NCBI GenBank assembly: GCA_963727455.1
Contig: CAVSGG010000008.1
Coordinates: 256,001-320,000, forward strand
DNA: 64,000 nt
DNA from: Candidatus Krumholzibacteriota bacterium
GTDB taxonomy: Bacteria > Krumholzibacteriota > Krumholzibacteriia > JAJRXK01
Reading direction: 5' to 3'
The notes below the pieces were generated by a model. The model was not told where the DNA came from, searched no databases, and saw only the letters and a list, made by a program, of their open reading frames with translations. Position 1 is the first letter of the stretch, and the number at the start of each line of letters is the position of its first letter. A program made the translations under genes and the position numbers. This document shows, piece after piece, positions 32,932 through 42,172 of this stretch.

Positions 32932-33347
32932 CGGAGCTTCTGCTGGTCCTCCTCGCGGCAGTGTCTGTCGCCTTCTGCTTCCGTCCCTTCATGCGGGGAG
33001 ATCTCCATCAGTTGGCGATGAGCCAGAACGATACGCCCATCGGGAGATTGAACCAGCGCAAGGAGACCTTGCTGCAGAACATCGCCGATCTCGATTTCGA
33101 GTACAACATGGGCAAGCTCTCCGATGAGGACTATGAGACCCTGCGCGGAAATTTGAAGCGGCAGGCGATGGAGACTCTCGAGCAAATTGATCTCTTGCGC
33201 GAAAGCAATTCCATGATCGCGCCGAAGGACGCGCCAAAGCCCAGGGCAGTACCTAGCGCGTCGTTCTGCTCGCAGTGTGGAGCGTCGCTGGGTTCAAAGG
33301 ACCGTTTCTGCCCCGCTTGCGGTGCCAGAGTGTCCGGACTTCGATAA
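32928..33347 (+). CDS. Membrane-anchored CcmI-N-like coiled-coil protein with a C-terminal zinc ribbon
   Basis: TM; 'IADLDFEYNMGKLSDEDY'; CSQC-x10-CPAC; ATGA overlap with ccmF. Confidence 0.75.
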   Translation: MTELLLVLLAAVSVAFCFRPFMRGDLHQLAMSQNDTPIGRLNQRKETLLQNIADLDFEYNMGKLSDEDYETLRGNLKRQAMETLEQIDLLRESNSMIAPKDAPKPRAVPSASFCSQCGASLGSKDRFCPACGARVSGLR

Positions 33348-33360
33348 AAAGGACATAGGT

Positions 33361-34296
33361 GTGAGTTTCCCCAAGCTCGTTCTCATCCTCTTCGCATTCT
33401 GCCTCTTGTCGACATCCACGCAGACCGCGGTAGCAGGCGACGTCCAGATCTCCTTCTATCGCGCGACACTGCAGCGTGACGGTGAGCAACTGGTGGTGAA
33501 AGAAGCCTACTCCTTCACCAATTCCTCGGATCGAGAACTTACCCCCGCGGGTGGGGAGTTACGCTTCGAGTTGCCCTACGAGATCGTGGGCCAGGTAGCC
33601 GCGGTCGTGAGTTCCGAAGCGGGACGCCGTCAATTGGATCTGCCTCCCTCCAGTGAGGATCCGTCCGTCCGCCTCCTCACGACGAAGCTAGCTCCCGGGC
33701 GTACCTCGGTGACCCTCAGCTATTCTGCGCAATACCCGGGTAAGCTGGACTTCAGTCCGAGCTTTCCCTATCCGGTGGCCTCTCTGAGCATCTTCGTTCA
33801 GCCCATGGACATGCTGGTGGAGGGAAACGGAGCCAAACGGGAGAACGGTTCGGTCATGGCGGGGTTCGCCACCTACACCCTTCCCCCACTCTCTCAGAAG
33901 GCCCAGATTCACCTGGCAGTGAGCGGGGGCAGCGCCACTCCACCTCCCACGGCGGAGGCTCCTCCCTCGGTCAAGCCTCCCACCGAAGAGGAGAAGTGGA
34001 AGGTGATGATCAAGCCGAATCGATTCGGCGAGGCCCATGCGCGTATTTTGATCTTTCTTGCCTTCGGCGCGATTCTGGGTCTGGGTTTGCTCTACGCGAT
34101 CTCTTCGGACGACGACCATGGAGGCGAGAAGAGCGCGACCTCGAAACGTCAGGGGGAACTCCTGCGTCTCGAGGATCGCTACATCAGCGGCAATCTGAGC
34201 CGCGAGGATTTTGTTCAGCAACGAGAACGCCTGATCCAGCGCCGTTCCCACAAGACCAAGGGTTCCAAAGGACGCAAGCCGGTGGGAAAGGCCTGA
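33361..34296 (+). CDS. Hypothetical ccm-associated periplasmic protein with a C-terminal TM and SHOCT-like helix
   Basis: GTG start with AAGGA RBS; signal peptide; beta-rich domain; TM; 'LEDRYISGNLSREDF'. Confidence 0.7.
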   Translation: MSFPKLVLILFAFCLLSTSTQTAVAGDVQISFYRATLQRDGEQLVVKEAYSFTNSSDRELTPAGGELRFELPYEIVGQVAAVVSSEAGRRQLDLPPSSEDPSVRLLTTKLAPGRTSVTLSYSAQYPGKLDFSPSFPYPVASLSIFVQPMDMLVEGNGAKRENGSVMAGFATYTLPPLSQKAQIHLAVSGGSATPPPTAEAPPSVKPPTEEEKWKVMIKPNRFGEAHARILIFLAFGAILGLGLLYAISSDDDHGGEKSATSKRQGELLRLEDRYISGNLSREDFVQQRERLIQRRSHKTKGSKGRKPVGKA

Positions 34297-34297
34297 G

Positions 34298-35011
34298 GTG
34301 AACTTCGTCCTGCAAGCGCGCGGTTTGTCCCGACGCTACGGGCGTTCCTGGGCTCTCCAGAAGGTCGATCTGGATCTTTCCTCCGGGGAGTCCGTGGCCC
34401 TTCTGGGCGCGAACGGCGCGGGAAAATCGACACTGCTCACGCTCTTAGCCACACTGCACCGGCCCACGGAAGGCCAGCTCAGCATCTTCGAACTCGATCC
34501 TCGCAAACACTCCGAGAGGATTCGGCGCCGTATCGGCTACGTTGCCCACGCGACTCTGCTCGACGACGCACTGAGCGCGAGAGAAAATCTACTCTACTAT
34601 GGCGCGCTCTTCGGCTTGGCACAAATCGGGTCCCTCGCCGACGAAGCCTTGGCAGAAGTCGAGCTGGATCACCGGGCCCACGACCGGGTGGGAGGATTCA
34701 GCCGCGGTATGCGACAAAGGCTCAGCTTGGCCCGAGCTCTCCTGCACGACCCCGATCTGCTCATCCTCGACGAGCCCTTCACCGGTCTCGATGCGGCCGG
34801 TTGCCGCGATTTGGCGGAACGTCTGCGTCAGGAAAAACAAAAAGGACGGGCAATCATTCTCGCCACGCACCAGCTCGAGCGCGTCTTGAGCTGGAGCGAT
34901 CGCGCGCTCATCCTGCATCGCGGGCGCAAAGTGGAGGAATCCGAGGCCACGCGGCATGACGCAGCTGGATGGGCCGTTCACCTCTCGGAAATCGCAGAAG
35001 CGCGAGCATGA
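34298..35011 (+). CDS. ccmA: Heme exporter ATP-binding subunit CcmA
   Basis: GANGAGKST, FSRGMRQR, LDEPFTGLD, ATH; ccm context. Confidence 0.9.
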   Translation: MNFVLQARGLSRRYGRSWALQKVDLDLSSGESVALLGANGAGKSTLLTLLATLHRPTEGQLSIFELDPRKHSERIRRRIGYVAHATLLDDALSARENLLYYGALFGLAQIGSLADEALAEVELDHRAHDRVGGFSRGMRQRLSLARALLHDPDLLILDEPFTGLDAAGCRDLAERLRQEKQKGRAIILATHQLERVLSWSDRALILHRGRKVEESEATRHDAAGWAVHLSEIAEARA

Positions 35012-35688
35012 GAGTGTTCTTGGAAGTGACCGGCGCGGTATTTCGCCGCGACCTCTCGGCCGAGTGGCGCCAGAAGGACGTACTGACTACCGTCATCATG
35101 TTCGGGCTCTTAACCGTGGTGACTTTCGTCTTCGCGTTCGATCCGGCGCGCCACGCGCGCGAAGACGTGGTGCCCGGTTGTCTTTGGACCGCCTACCTCT
35201 TCGCGGGAATGCTGGGTTTGGGTCGCAGCGCCGCGCGCGACTCACAGGACGGAGGAACGATCGGACTTCTTTTGAGCCCGGCCGACCGCGGCGCCGTCTA
35301 TTTGGGCAAGTTCCTTTCCCACACCCTGTTCATGGCTGCGGGCGAAGCGGTGGTCCTGCTCTTCTCGGTGGTGTGGTTCGATCTGGATCAACGCCATCTC
35401 ACGCCCTGGTTCTTCCTCGTCCTGCTTTTGGGAACACTGGGCTTCGTGGCGGTCGGGACCGTGTTCGCGGTGGTATCGCAAAAAAGTCGCTTGCGAGAGG
35501 TGATGCTTCCGGTCTTGCTTCTTCCAATCCTTGCCCCCATGGTCATGGCGGCGGTGGAAGCAACCACCATCATCCTGACTCCCGGCGGGAACGAGGGCCT
35601 GAGCGAATGGCTTAGGCTCCTCGGCGGCTTCGACTTCATTTTCGTCGTCGCGGGCTTTCTGCTGTACGGCTTCGTTTTGGAGGAATGA
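35008..35688 (+). CDS. ccmB: Heme exporter permease CcmB
   Basis: RRDL.AEWR, VPGCLW, VYLGK, REVMLPVLLLPI. Confidence 0.9.
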   Translation: MRVFLEVTGAVFRRDLSAEWRQKDVLTTVIMFGLLTVVTFVFAFDPARHAREDVVPGCLWTAYLFAGMLGLGRSAARDSQDGGTIGLLLSPADRGAVYLGKFLSHTLFMAAGEAVVLLFSVVWFDLDQRHLTPWFFLVLLLGTLGFVAVGTVFAVVSQKSRLREVMLPVLLLPILAPMVMAAVEATTIILTPGGNEGLSEWLRLLGGFDFIFVVAGFLLYGFVLEE

Positions 35689-35689
35689 G

Positions 35690-36370
35690 ATGCGCGCGAT
35701 CGATCGAGTACTCCTGGTGTTGAATGCCATCGCCATGACGACTCTGTGCTACCTGGTCTTTCTCTACATTCCGCTGGAGAAGACCCAGGGTTACGTGCAG
35801 AAAATCTTCTTCATCCACGTGCCCTGTGCCTGGGTGGGATTCTTGGCGTTTACCATCACCGCGATCATGGGGGGCCGCTATCTCGCAACGCGCAATCCCG
35901 ACCATGACCGCTGGGCCGCCGCCTCGGCCGAAGTCGGGCTGATGTTCACCACTCTGGTCCTCATCACCGGCCCCATGTGGGCCAGACCGGTCTGGGGAAT
36001 CTGGTGGACCTGGGATGTCAGACTCACCAGCACTCTGGTGCTCTGGTTGATCTACCTCGCCTACCTCATACTCCGGCAGACCGTATCGGAACGCGATCGC
36101 CGCAGCGTTCTCGCCTCGGTGACCGGAATCATCGGTTGGCTTGGAGTGCCCATCGTCTATTTGGCGAATCGCGTGAAGGCGAGTCAGCATCCCGCGCCCG
36201 TCATCGGAGGCGGCGCAAAGAGTGGACTTGCTCCCATTTTTCTCCTCACCTTGCTGGTGGGAGTGGCGACTCTCACCATCTTCTACATCATCCTGTTGCG
36301 GGCGCGTGTTCGCGGAATTCAGCTGGAAGATGAAATCGAAGAACTCGTGATCGCCGGAGGTTTGGACTGA
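35690..36370 (+). CDS. ccmC: Heme exporter / WWD protein CcmC
   Basis: IFFIHVP, TGPMWARPVWGIWWTWDVRLT, QHP. Confidence 0.93.
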   Translation: MRAIDRVLLVLNAIAMTTLCYLVFLYIPLEKTQGYVQKIFFIHVPCAWVGFLAFTITAIMGGRYLATRNPDHDRWAAASAEVGLMFTTLVLITGPMWARPVWGIWWTWDVRLTSTLVLWLIYLAYLILRQTVSERDRRSVLASVTGIIGWLGVPIVYLANRVKASQHPAPVIGGGAKSGLAPIFLLTLLVGVATLTIFYIILLRARVRGIQLEDEIEELVIAGGLD

Positions 36371-36513
36371 TGCCGCACAATTTCTGGTGGGTGTTTTCCG
36401 CCTACAGCATCGTATGGCTCGCCGTCATTCTGTTTTTGGCCAGGCTCTTCGGCCGGCAGCGCAACTGTGAGCGTCAGTTGGACGCACTCAAGAAAGAGCG
36501 CGGGTCCCACTAG
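36370..36513 (+). CDS. ccmD: CcmD family small membrane protein (47 aa, absent from the ORF track)
   Basis: TGATG overlap with ccmC, GGAGG RBS; MPHNFWWVFSAYSIVWLAVILFLARLFGRQRNCERQLDALKKERGSH. Confidence 0.85.
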   Translation: MPHNFWWVFSAYSIVWLAVILFLARLFGRQRNCERQLDALKKERGSH

Positions 36514-36791
36514 TACTTGACGGTGATCGGCTCTTTGTCGACGACGAGTTGACAACCGAGGCGGGCCAGTGTGCCGTCCTCGCCGATTTCCGCCAGAGTG
36601 TCGGCCTCGACGAAACCGGGCGCTTCGAGACTCTCCAGGCCACTCACCACGCGCAGTACGCAGGTGCCGCAGGTGCCGGCACGGCAGCCAAAGGGCAGGC
36701 CACTTCCCGCCCGCTGCGCAGCGAGCTGGACGGTGGATCCGGCTTCGACCTCCACCGAGATATCATCATTGACGAATGTGACCTGAGGCAT
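36510..36791 (-). CDS. [2Fe-2S] ferredoxin
   Basis: PFGCRAGTCGTC...RLGCQ. Confidence 0.9.
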   Translation of the reverse strand: MPQVTFVNDDISVEVEAGSTVQLAAQRAGSGLPFGCRAGTCGTCVLRVVSGLESLEAPGFVEADTLAEIGEDGTLARLGCQLVVDKEPITVKY

Positions 36792-37000
36792 GGTCCGGCT
36801 CCGTTTCCACCGGGAAGCGAGTTTTCGAGCGTTTCGCGCGAGTAAGCGGCCAGCCTAGCGGAAGCGCGCCGAGGCGGCAAGAATGACCCATTCTTGCCAG
36901 CCCTGAGGCGCTCTGCTAGCTTGGCCGAGCGCAATCCTACCGGTTGATCGCACGAAATCTCCGTTTTGCACGATTCGTACCCAAAGCTCGGCGGACCACC

Positions 37001-37837
37001 ATGCACTTGACCCTCGGACATAGCCCCGATCCCGACGACGCCTTCATGTTCTGGGCCCTCGCCCACGACAAGATCCCCACTGGCGAGTACACATTCGAGC
37101 ACATTCTACAGGACATTCAGACCCTGAATGAGCGCGCGATGCGAGGCGAGCTGCACATCACCGCCATCTCCATTCACGCCTATGCCTACGTCTTGGATAA
37201 ATACGCGCTCCTGCCTACTGGAAGCAGCATGGGGGACGACTATGGCCCCATGGTGGTGACGCGCAAGGACAGCGGGCTTACCCTGTCCGATCTCAAGGGG
37301 ACCAAGATCGCGATCCCAGGCACGATGACCACCGCATATCTGGCGTTGCGCTTGATTCTCGATTCGGACTTCGACTACGAGCTCGTCCCCTTCGACGAGA
37401 TCATTCCGCGCGTCGCCGACGGTAGCTTCGAGGCCGGCCTCATCATTCACGAGGGTCAACTGAGCTATCCCAACCAGGGACTGAAACTGCTCATCGACAC
37501 CGGAAAGTGGTGGAAGCAGGAGACGGGTCTTCCTCTGCCCCTGGGTGGCAACGCCATCCGCAAGGACCTGGGCGAAGAGCGAATGCGCGAGATCAATCGC
37601 GTACTGCTGCGCAGCATCCGGCACGGGCTCGAGCATCGCAAAGAAGCCCTGGACTACGCAATGCAGTACGCGCGCGACATGGAACTGGATTCGGCCGACG
37701 AGTTCGTGGGCATGTACGTCAACGACTACACTCTCGATTACGGTGAGAAAGGCCGTGAGGCCGTGCGCCTCCTGCTCGATCGCGGAGCGGAAGCGGGAAT
37801 ACTCCCCAAGGTGGACAAACTCCAATTCGTGAGCTGA
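37001..37837 (+). CDS. mqnD: 1,4-dihydroxy-6-naphthoate synthase (futalosine menaquinone pathway)
   Basis: GHSPDPDDAFMF, PGTMTTAYL, GLIIHEG, LPLPLG, MYVN. Confidence 0.9.
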   Translation: MHLTLGHSPDPDDAFMFWALAHDKIPTGEYTFEHILQDIQTLNERAMRGELHITAISIHAYAYVLDKYALLPTGSSMGDDYGPMVVTRKDSGLTLSDLKGTKIAIPGTMTTAYLALRLILDSDFDYELVPFDEIIPRVADGSFEAGLIIHEGQLSYPNQGLKLLIDTGKWWKQETGLPLPLGGNAIRKDLGEERMREINRVLLRSIRHGLEHRKEALDYAMQYARDMELDSADEFVGMYVNDYTLDYGEKGREAVRLLLDRGAEAGILPKVDKLQFVS

Positions 37838-37843
37838 ACGGGC

Positions 37844-38812
37844 ATGTCCTTCCACTTCTTTTCGAGCGGTGAACTGGCGCGTTGCGAATGCTGCCCGAGG
37901 AACTGTCGTGTCGACCGGACCCAGGGCGAACGAGGCGTGTGCGGGATTGGAGCGTCAACGCAGGTAGCCCACCACGGCTTGCACTTCGGCGAAGAACCGC
38001 CGATCTCGGGACGACGGGGCTCGGGCGCAGTCTTCTTCAGCGGCTGCAACCTCCACTGTGTCTTCTGTCAGAACCATCAAATCAGTCAAGCTTCGCTCGC
38101 GAAGAGGTCGCGCTCTTACTCGAACGAGGAGCTGGCCGAGCTCATGCTCGAGCTAGAATCCGAGGGGGCGCACAACCTCAATCTCGTCTCTCCCTCACAC
38201 GTCATTTTTCAGATTGCAGATGCAATAGAAATTGCGCGCGATCGAGGACTGCGCATTCCCATCGTGTACAACAGCGGGGGCTACGACTCCGTCGCGGCAT
38301 TGCGGCGAATCGCCGGGCTCATCGAGATCTATCTTCCGGACTTGAAGTACGCGAGTTCGACATTGGCGAAGGCGTTCTCCAAGGCGCCAGACTACCCTCG
38401 AGTGGCCAGAGCCGCGATTGGCGAGATGTTCGCGCAGGTGGGTGGGCTTCGTTGCGACCGTGAGGGGATCGCGCGCAGCGGACTCTTGGTCCGCCATTTG
38501 GTGCTACCCGGTCAGCTCGAGAATTCCAAACGTTGCCTGCGTTTTCTCGCCGAGCTCTCCTCTGAGATCCCTCTGAGCATCATGTCGCAGTACACCCCAC
38601 GGGAGGGTGCGGACTCCAGTTTGGGCCTGGAGCGCGGCGTGAGCGCGGCGGAATACGAGGAGATCACCGAGACCGCACTCGAGCTGGGGCTGACGAATGC
38701 CTTCGTTCAGGAGCTTTCGTCCCAGGGGAACTACCTGCCAGATTTCGAACGCAAGAATCCCTTCGGGCCCAAGACCGGTTCAGAAGTAAAAGTAGAGCCC
38801 ACCTTGGGGTAG
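37844..38812 (+). CDS. PflX-like radical SAM protein
   Basis: CECCPRNCRVDR..G.C, HFGEEPPISG, CNLHCVFCQN (CxxxCxxC), YLPDLKY, VRHLVLPG. Confidence 0.9.
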   Translation: MSFHFFSSGELARCECCPRNCRVDRTQGERGVCGIGASTQVAHHGLHFGEEPPISGRRGSGAVFFSGCNLHCVFCQNHQISQASLAKRSRSYSNEELAELMLELESEGAHNLNLVSPSHVIFQIADAIEIARDRGLRIPIVYNSGGYDSVAALRRIAGLIEIYLPDLKYASSTLAKAFSKAPDYPRVARAAIGEMFAQVGGLRCDREGIARSGLLVRHLVLPGQLENSKRCLRFLAELSSEIPLSIMSQYTPREGADSSLGLERGVSAAEYEEITETALELGLTNAFVQELSSQGNYLPDFERKNPFGPKTGSEVKVEPTLG

Positions 38813-39289
38813 CGGCAGAATGTCGTCGTGAGAGCGGCGGTAAACAAAGCCCAGGTCCGCTTTCAAGGCCAAACGCGGCATCAACAGGTACTCGACGCCG
38901 ACCCCGATGGAGGCGTTCCAGTGCTGGTCTCCCTCCGCCCCACCCTCTCCATCGTGAATGATGGCCAGGGCCGGTCCCGCGTAGAGCCGAACTCTTCCTT
39001 CCTGACGCAGAACGAGATGCAGCTCGGCACCCAAATTCCAGTCCGTGCTCTTGTCCTTGCGCCAGATACCTCCAGTCACCGACATCATGGTCTGCGGAAG
39101 AAACGGCCAGCGCACCGACAGCCCGCTGCCGGTGGCCCAACCGGCCTGGAGGCCGATGGCCGCGATGTAGGGATCGCCGGCCTGATTCCAATCATAGTAG
39201 CTCTGCGCCCGCGCCGGCGTTATCGCCAGCAGAAGCCAGAGGCTTCCTGCGAGCAGCGCCTTGCCGCCCTTGCCAAACCGATCACTCAT
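38780..39289 (-). CDS. Small outer-membrane beta-barrel protein
   Basis: Signal peptide ending ARA-Q, alternating amphipathic strands, C-terminal GLYFYF. Confidence 0.75.
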   Translation of the reverse strand: MSDRFGKGGKALLAGSLWLLLAITPARAQSYYDWNQAGDPYIAAIGLQAGWATGSGLSVRWPFLPQTMMSVTGGIWRKDKSTDWNLGAELHLVLRQEGRVRLYAGPALAIIHDGEGGAEGDQHWNASIGVGVEYLLMPRLALKADLGFVYRRSHDDILPLPQGGLYFYF

Positions 39290-39353
39290 GGAACGACTCC
39301 TGAACTCGCGTGTGGGTCGAAGGTCTTCGCATCTCTTTGACCCTAGGGGCAGG

Positions 39354-40325
39354 CTACCCGCGAGTCCCGTGTTCATCAACGAGGAATAAGCCGCGCGGAA
39401 CCGGCAGATCCGCGATGAGCGCTTGCTCTGGGACCGGGCCCGAGAGCGGGATTCGCCAGAGCTCACCGTCATCGGTGGTTGCCCATACCACGTCTTCATG
39501 CACCAACAGAGCCCGAATCACTCCGTGGAAGGGACCGGCCAGGGGTCGTCCCACCGTGGCGTCGCCGGCGAAATGCCAGAGGCTCATCCGGGATCCATCA
39601 GGACCGCGCCATGTTGCCGGTGGCCCCGGAGCGGCGGCGACCACGATGCCCTGCCGAGAGCCACTGGAACGCGCCAGTAAGGCCGCGAAAGCCGCGCGCG
39701 GGGGCAGGCTGAGGCGGTTGAGCTCGCCCGAAGCGGGGTCGAGAGTCCACACGCCGAGGCCGCTGGCCATGTAGAGCAAGGGTGGTGCGAAGAGGAGATC
39801 CCGCTGGTCTCGGGGAAGCTCTTGAGCGCGGTGAGTGCACCACTGTCCATCGCGGAAACAACACAACCCCCCCACGCTGATGCTCGCCCAAACCGTATCG
39901 CGATCGGCCCACAGCCCGCTCACGCGCGGCTCGTAGGGCGCTTCCAGACCCTGCCAGCGCTGGCTCGCGGCAAGTTCGGAGGGGAAAGCCAACACCCGCC
40001 AGCTCTCGTCCTGCCGCCAGCGCCAGACTTGTGGGGGACAGGTCCCTAGATAGAGACTCCCGTCCTGTGCCATGAACGCGCACTGTGGCTCGCTCTCGTC
40101 CAGCTCGAGTGGAGGGCCTTCCCTGAAGGCGCGCGCGTCGACGTCCCAAACGAGTAGCCTCCCGTCGGCACAGAGCGCCGCCAAATGTGCTGAGCTGCCG
40201 GCGAGGGCCACGACCGCATGCGCGGGAACGTCCACCGAGAGTTGTTCGCGCGAACTGGGGAGTGGAACGTCTAGTGGAACCTTCCACAGTCCTCGTTCGC
40301 TGGCCACCAAGAGAATATGGCTCAT
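39354..40325 (-). CDS. Hypothetical beta-propeller-like protein
   Basis: Repeated blades 'LLVASERGLW', 'LYLGTCPPQVW', 'LYMASGLGVW', 'VWATTDDGELW'. Confidence 0.6.
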   Translation of the reverse strand: MSHILLVASERGLWKVPLDVPLPSSREQLSVDVPAHAVVALAGSSAHLAALCADGRLLVWDVDARAFREGPPLELDESEPQCAFMAQDGSLYLGTCPPQVWRWRQDESWRVLAFPSELAASQRWQGLEAPYEPRVSGLWADRDTVWASISVGGLCCFRDGQWCTHRAQELPRDQRDLLFAPPLLYMASGLGVWTLDPASGELNRLSLPPRAAFAALLARSSGSRQGIVVAAAPGPPATWRGPDGSRMSLWHFAGDATVGRPLAGPFHGVIRALLVHEDVVWATTDDGELWRIPLSGPVPEQALIADLPVPRGLFLVDEHGTRG

Positions 40326-40463
40326 CTTGAACTCTCTGGGGACAAGAGGTGCGCAGACGGGTTGTCGCGAGAGATCGCAGTTTAGCAGGAAGAAGCTGCT
40401 TTGAACACCGAACGCGCTCCTGGAGTTGCGAACTCTCACTTCCCAGCTTCCGTGTCATTGCCT

Positions 40464-40952
40464 ATGATCCTACCCACTCGATCCAGCCGCGCGACGATTG
40501 GAGCACTCTTGGGAAAGCACAAACTTCTCACCATTGGATGGCGGGAGTACGTTGCTCTGCCCGAATGGAATCTGTTCAAGATCCGAGCGAAGATCGATAC
40601 CGGCGCGAGGTCTTGCGCTCTCGACGTACACCATCTTGAGTGCTTGGAGGGGGACCTCGTGCACTTCGAGATCGCGCTCTCGAGAAAAGACCGCACTCGG
40701 GTCCGTCGAGTCGAGGAGATGATCAGCCGTAGGAGCGTCGTGAAGTCCAGTCTGGGAGACACCCACGAGCGAATTTTCGTCAAGACTCCGCTGATTTTGG
40801 CCGGGGTCCGACAAATCGTCGAGGTGGGTCTCATTTCCCGGGAAGAGATGCGTTCGCGGATGCTCATTGGCAGGAATGCACTCCTGGACCGTTACTTGGT
40901 CGATCCCAGCGTGCGTTTTCTCTGGCCTCCAGAGTCGCGCCCCGACAGCTGA
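40464..40952 (+). CDS. RimB-like retropepsin-type protease (RimK-associated, often annotated 'ATP-dependent zinc protease')
   Basis: IGWREYVALP, AKIDTGARS.AL, VKSS.G...R, MLIGR..L; start uncertain (40401-40464). Confidence 0.88.
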   Translation: MILPTRSSRATIGALLGKHKLLTIGWREYVALPEWNLFKIRAKIDTGARSCALDVHHLECLEGDLVHFEIALSRKDRTRVRRVEEMISRRSVVKSSLGDTHERIFVKTPLILAGVRQIVEVGLISREEMRSRMLIGRNALLDRYLVDPSVRFLWPPESRPDS

Positions 40953-40981
40953 GAGAAGTTCCCCGAGTCGAAACGACGAAG

Positions 40982-42172
40982 ATGAAGATTGCCATCCTGA
41001 CTCGCAACGCGCGCGGTTACTCCGTACGAAGATTGCGGCATGCGGCCGTGGAGCGAGGACACAGGGTCCGCGCCTACGACACCTTGAAGTTTGCGCTCCA
41101 CGTCGAATCCCGTGAGCCCGATCTCCTTTACAACCAGCGCGCGATCGAGAACTGTGACGTGGTGATTCCACGCATTGGCTCCTCGATCACTCCCTTCGGC
41201 ACCGCAGTCGTGCGGCAGTTCGAGCAAATGGGGGTCAGCTGTCTCAACACCTCGACCGCCATCAGCGTTTCCCGCGACAAGTTGCGTAGTCTTCAGGTAC
41301 TGAGCCGCCATGAGATCGGCATGCCGGAGTCGGCTTTCGTTCGCCGCAAGGAGGACGTACTGCCGGCCATTCGCGGCGTCGGAGGAGCGCCCGTGATCAT
41401 CAAGCTGCTCGAGGGTTCTCAGGGAATCGGGGTGATCCTGGCCGACAAAGAGCAGATCGCGGCGGCGATCATCGAGACCCTGCAGAGCGCGATGCAGAGC
41501 GTGCTCATTCAGAAGTTCGTATCCGAGAGCAAGGGAAAGGACATCCGCGCGCTCGTGGTGGGAGGACGCGTGGTGGCCGCAATGCGTCGCCGGGCAGCCG
41601 GCCAGGAGTTTCGCAGCAACGTGCATCGCGGAGGACGCACCGAGCCGGTGGAACTGGACGAAGAGTATCAACGAACCGCGGTGAAAGCGGCCCAGATCAT
41701 GGGCTTGCGCCTGGCCGGCGTGGACATCCTCGAGAGCGAAGAAGGTCCCCAGGTGATGGAGGTCAATTCCTCTCCTGGGCTCGAAGGAATTGAGAAGGCC
41801 ACCGGGGTGGATGTCGCGGGAGCGATCATCGAACACCTCGAGGAGCTTCTGCTCTTCCCGGAAATCGACCTACGGCAACGCCTCACCCTGAAGAGCGGAT
41901 ATGGCGTCGCGGAATTCCAGGTGAATCGGAATTCGAGCCTGTGCAATACGACCATCGCAGAGTCGGGACTGAGAGATCGCGATGTGCTCGTCCTGAGCGT
42001 ACAGAGGGCCGGTATCAGCTTTCCCGCGCCGCACGGCGGCCATGAGATTCGTCCCGGGGACACTCTGGTGTGCTACGGCAAGATCCTCACCCTGAAATCG
42101 CTCATCCCGGCAAGGAAGCCGCGGAGACGCAAAAAGAAACGGAATTCGAGTTCTGGTGGAGGGCGCGGATGA
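40982..42172 (+). CDS. rimK: RimK-family alpha-L-glutamate ligase (ATP-grasp) with a C-terminal RCK_C/TrkA-C domain
   Basis: IPRIG.SIT..G.AV.RQFE, SRDKLRS.Q.L, LEGSQG.GV, EFRSNVHRGG, EVNSSPGLEGIE; extension 'SSLCNTTIAESGLR..DVLVLSVQR...IRPGD.LVCYG'. Confidence 0.92.
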   Translation: MKIAILTRNARGYSVRRLRHAAVERGHRVRAYDTLKFALHVESREPDLLYNQRAIENCDVVIPRIGSSITPFGTAVVRQFEQMGVSCLNTSTAISVSRDKLRSLQVLSRHEIGMPESAFVRRKEDVLPAIRGVGGAPVIIKLLEGSQGIGVILADKEQIAAAIIETLQSAMQSVLIQKFVSESKGKDIRALVVGGRVVAAMRRRAAGQEFRSNVHRGGRTEPVELDEEYQRTAVKAAQIMGLRLAGVDILESEEGPQVMEVNSSPGLEGIEKATGVDVAGAIIEHLEELLLFPEIDLRQRLTLKSGYGVAEFQVNRNSSLCNTTIAESGLRDRDVLVLSVQRAGISFPAPHGGHEIRPGDTLVCYGKILTLKSLIPARKPRRRKKKRNSSSGGGRG

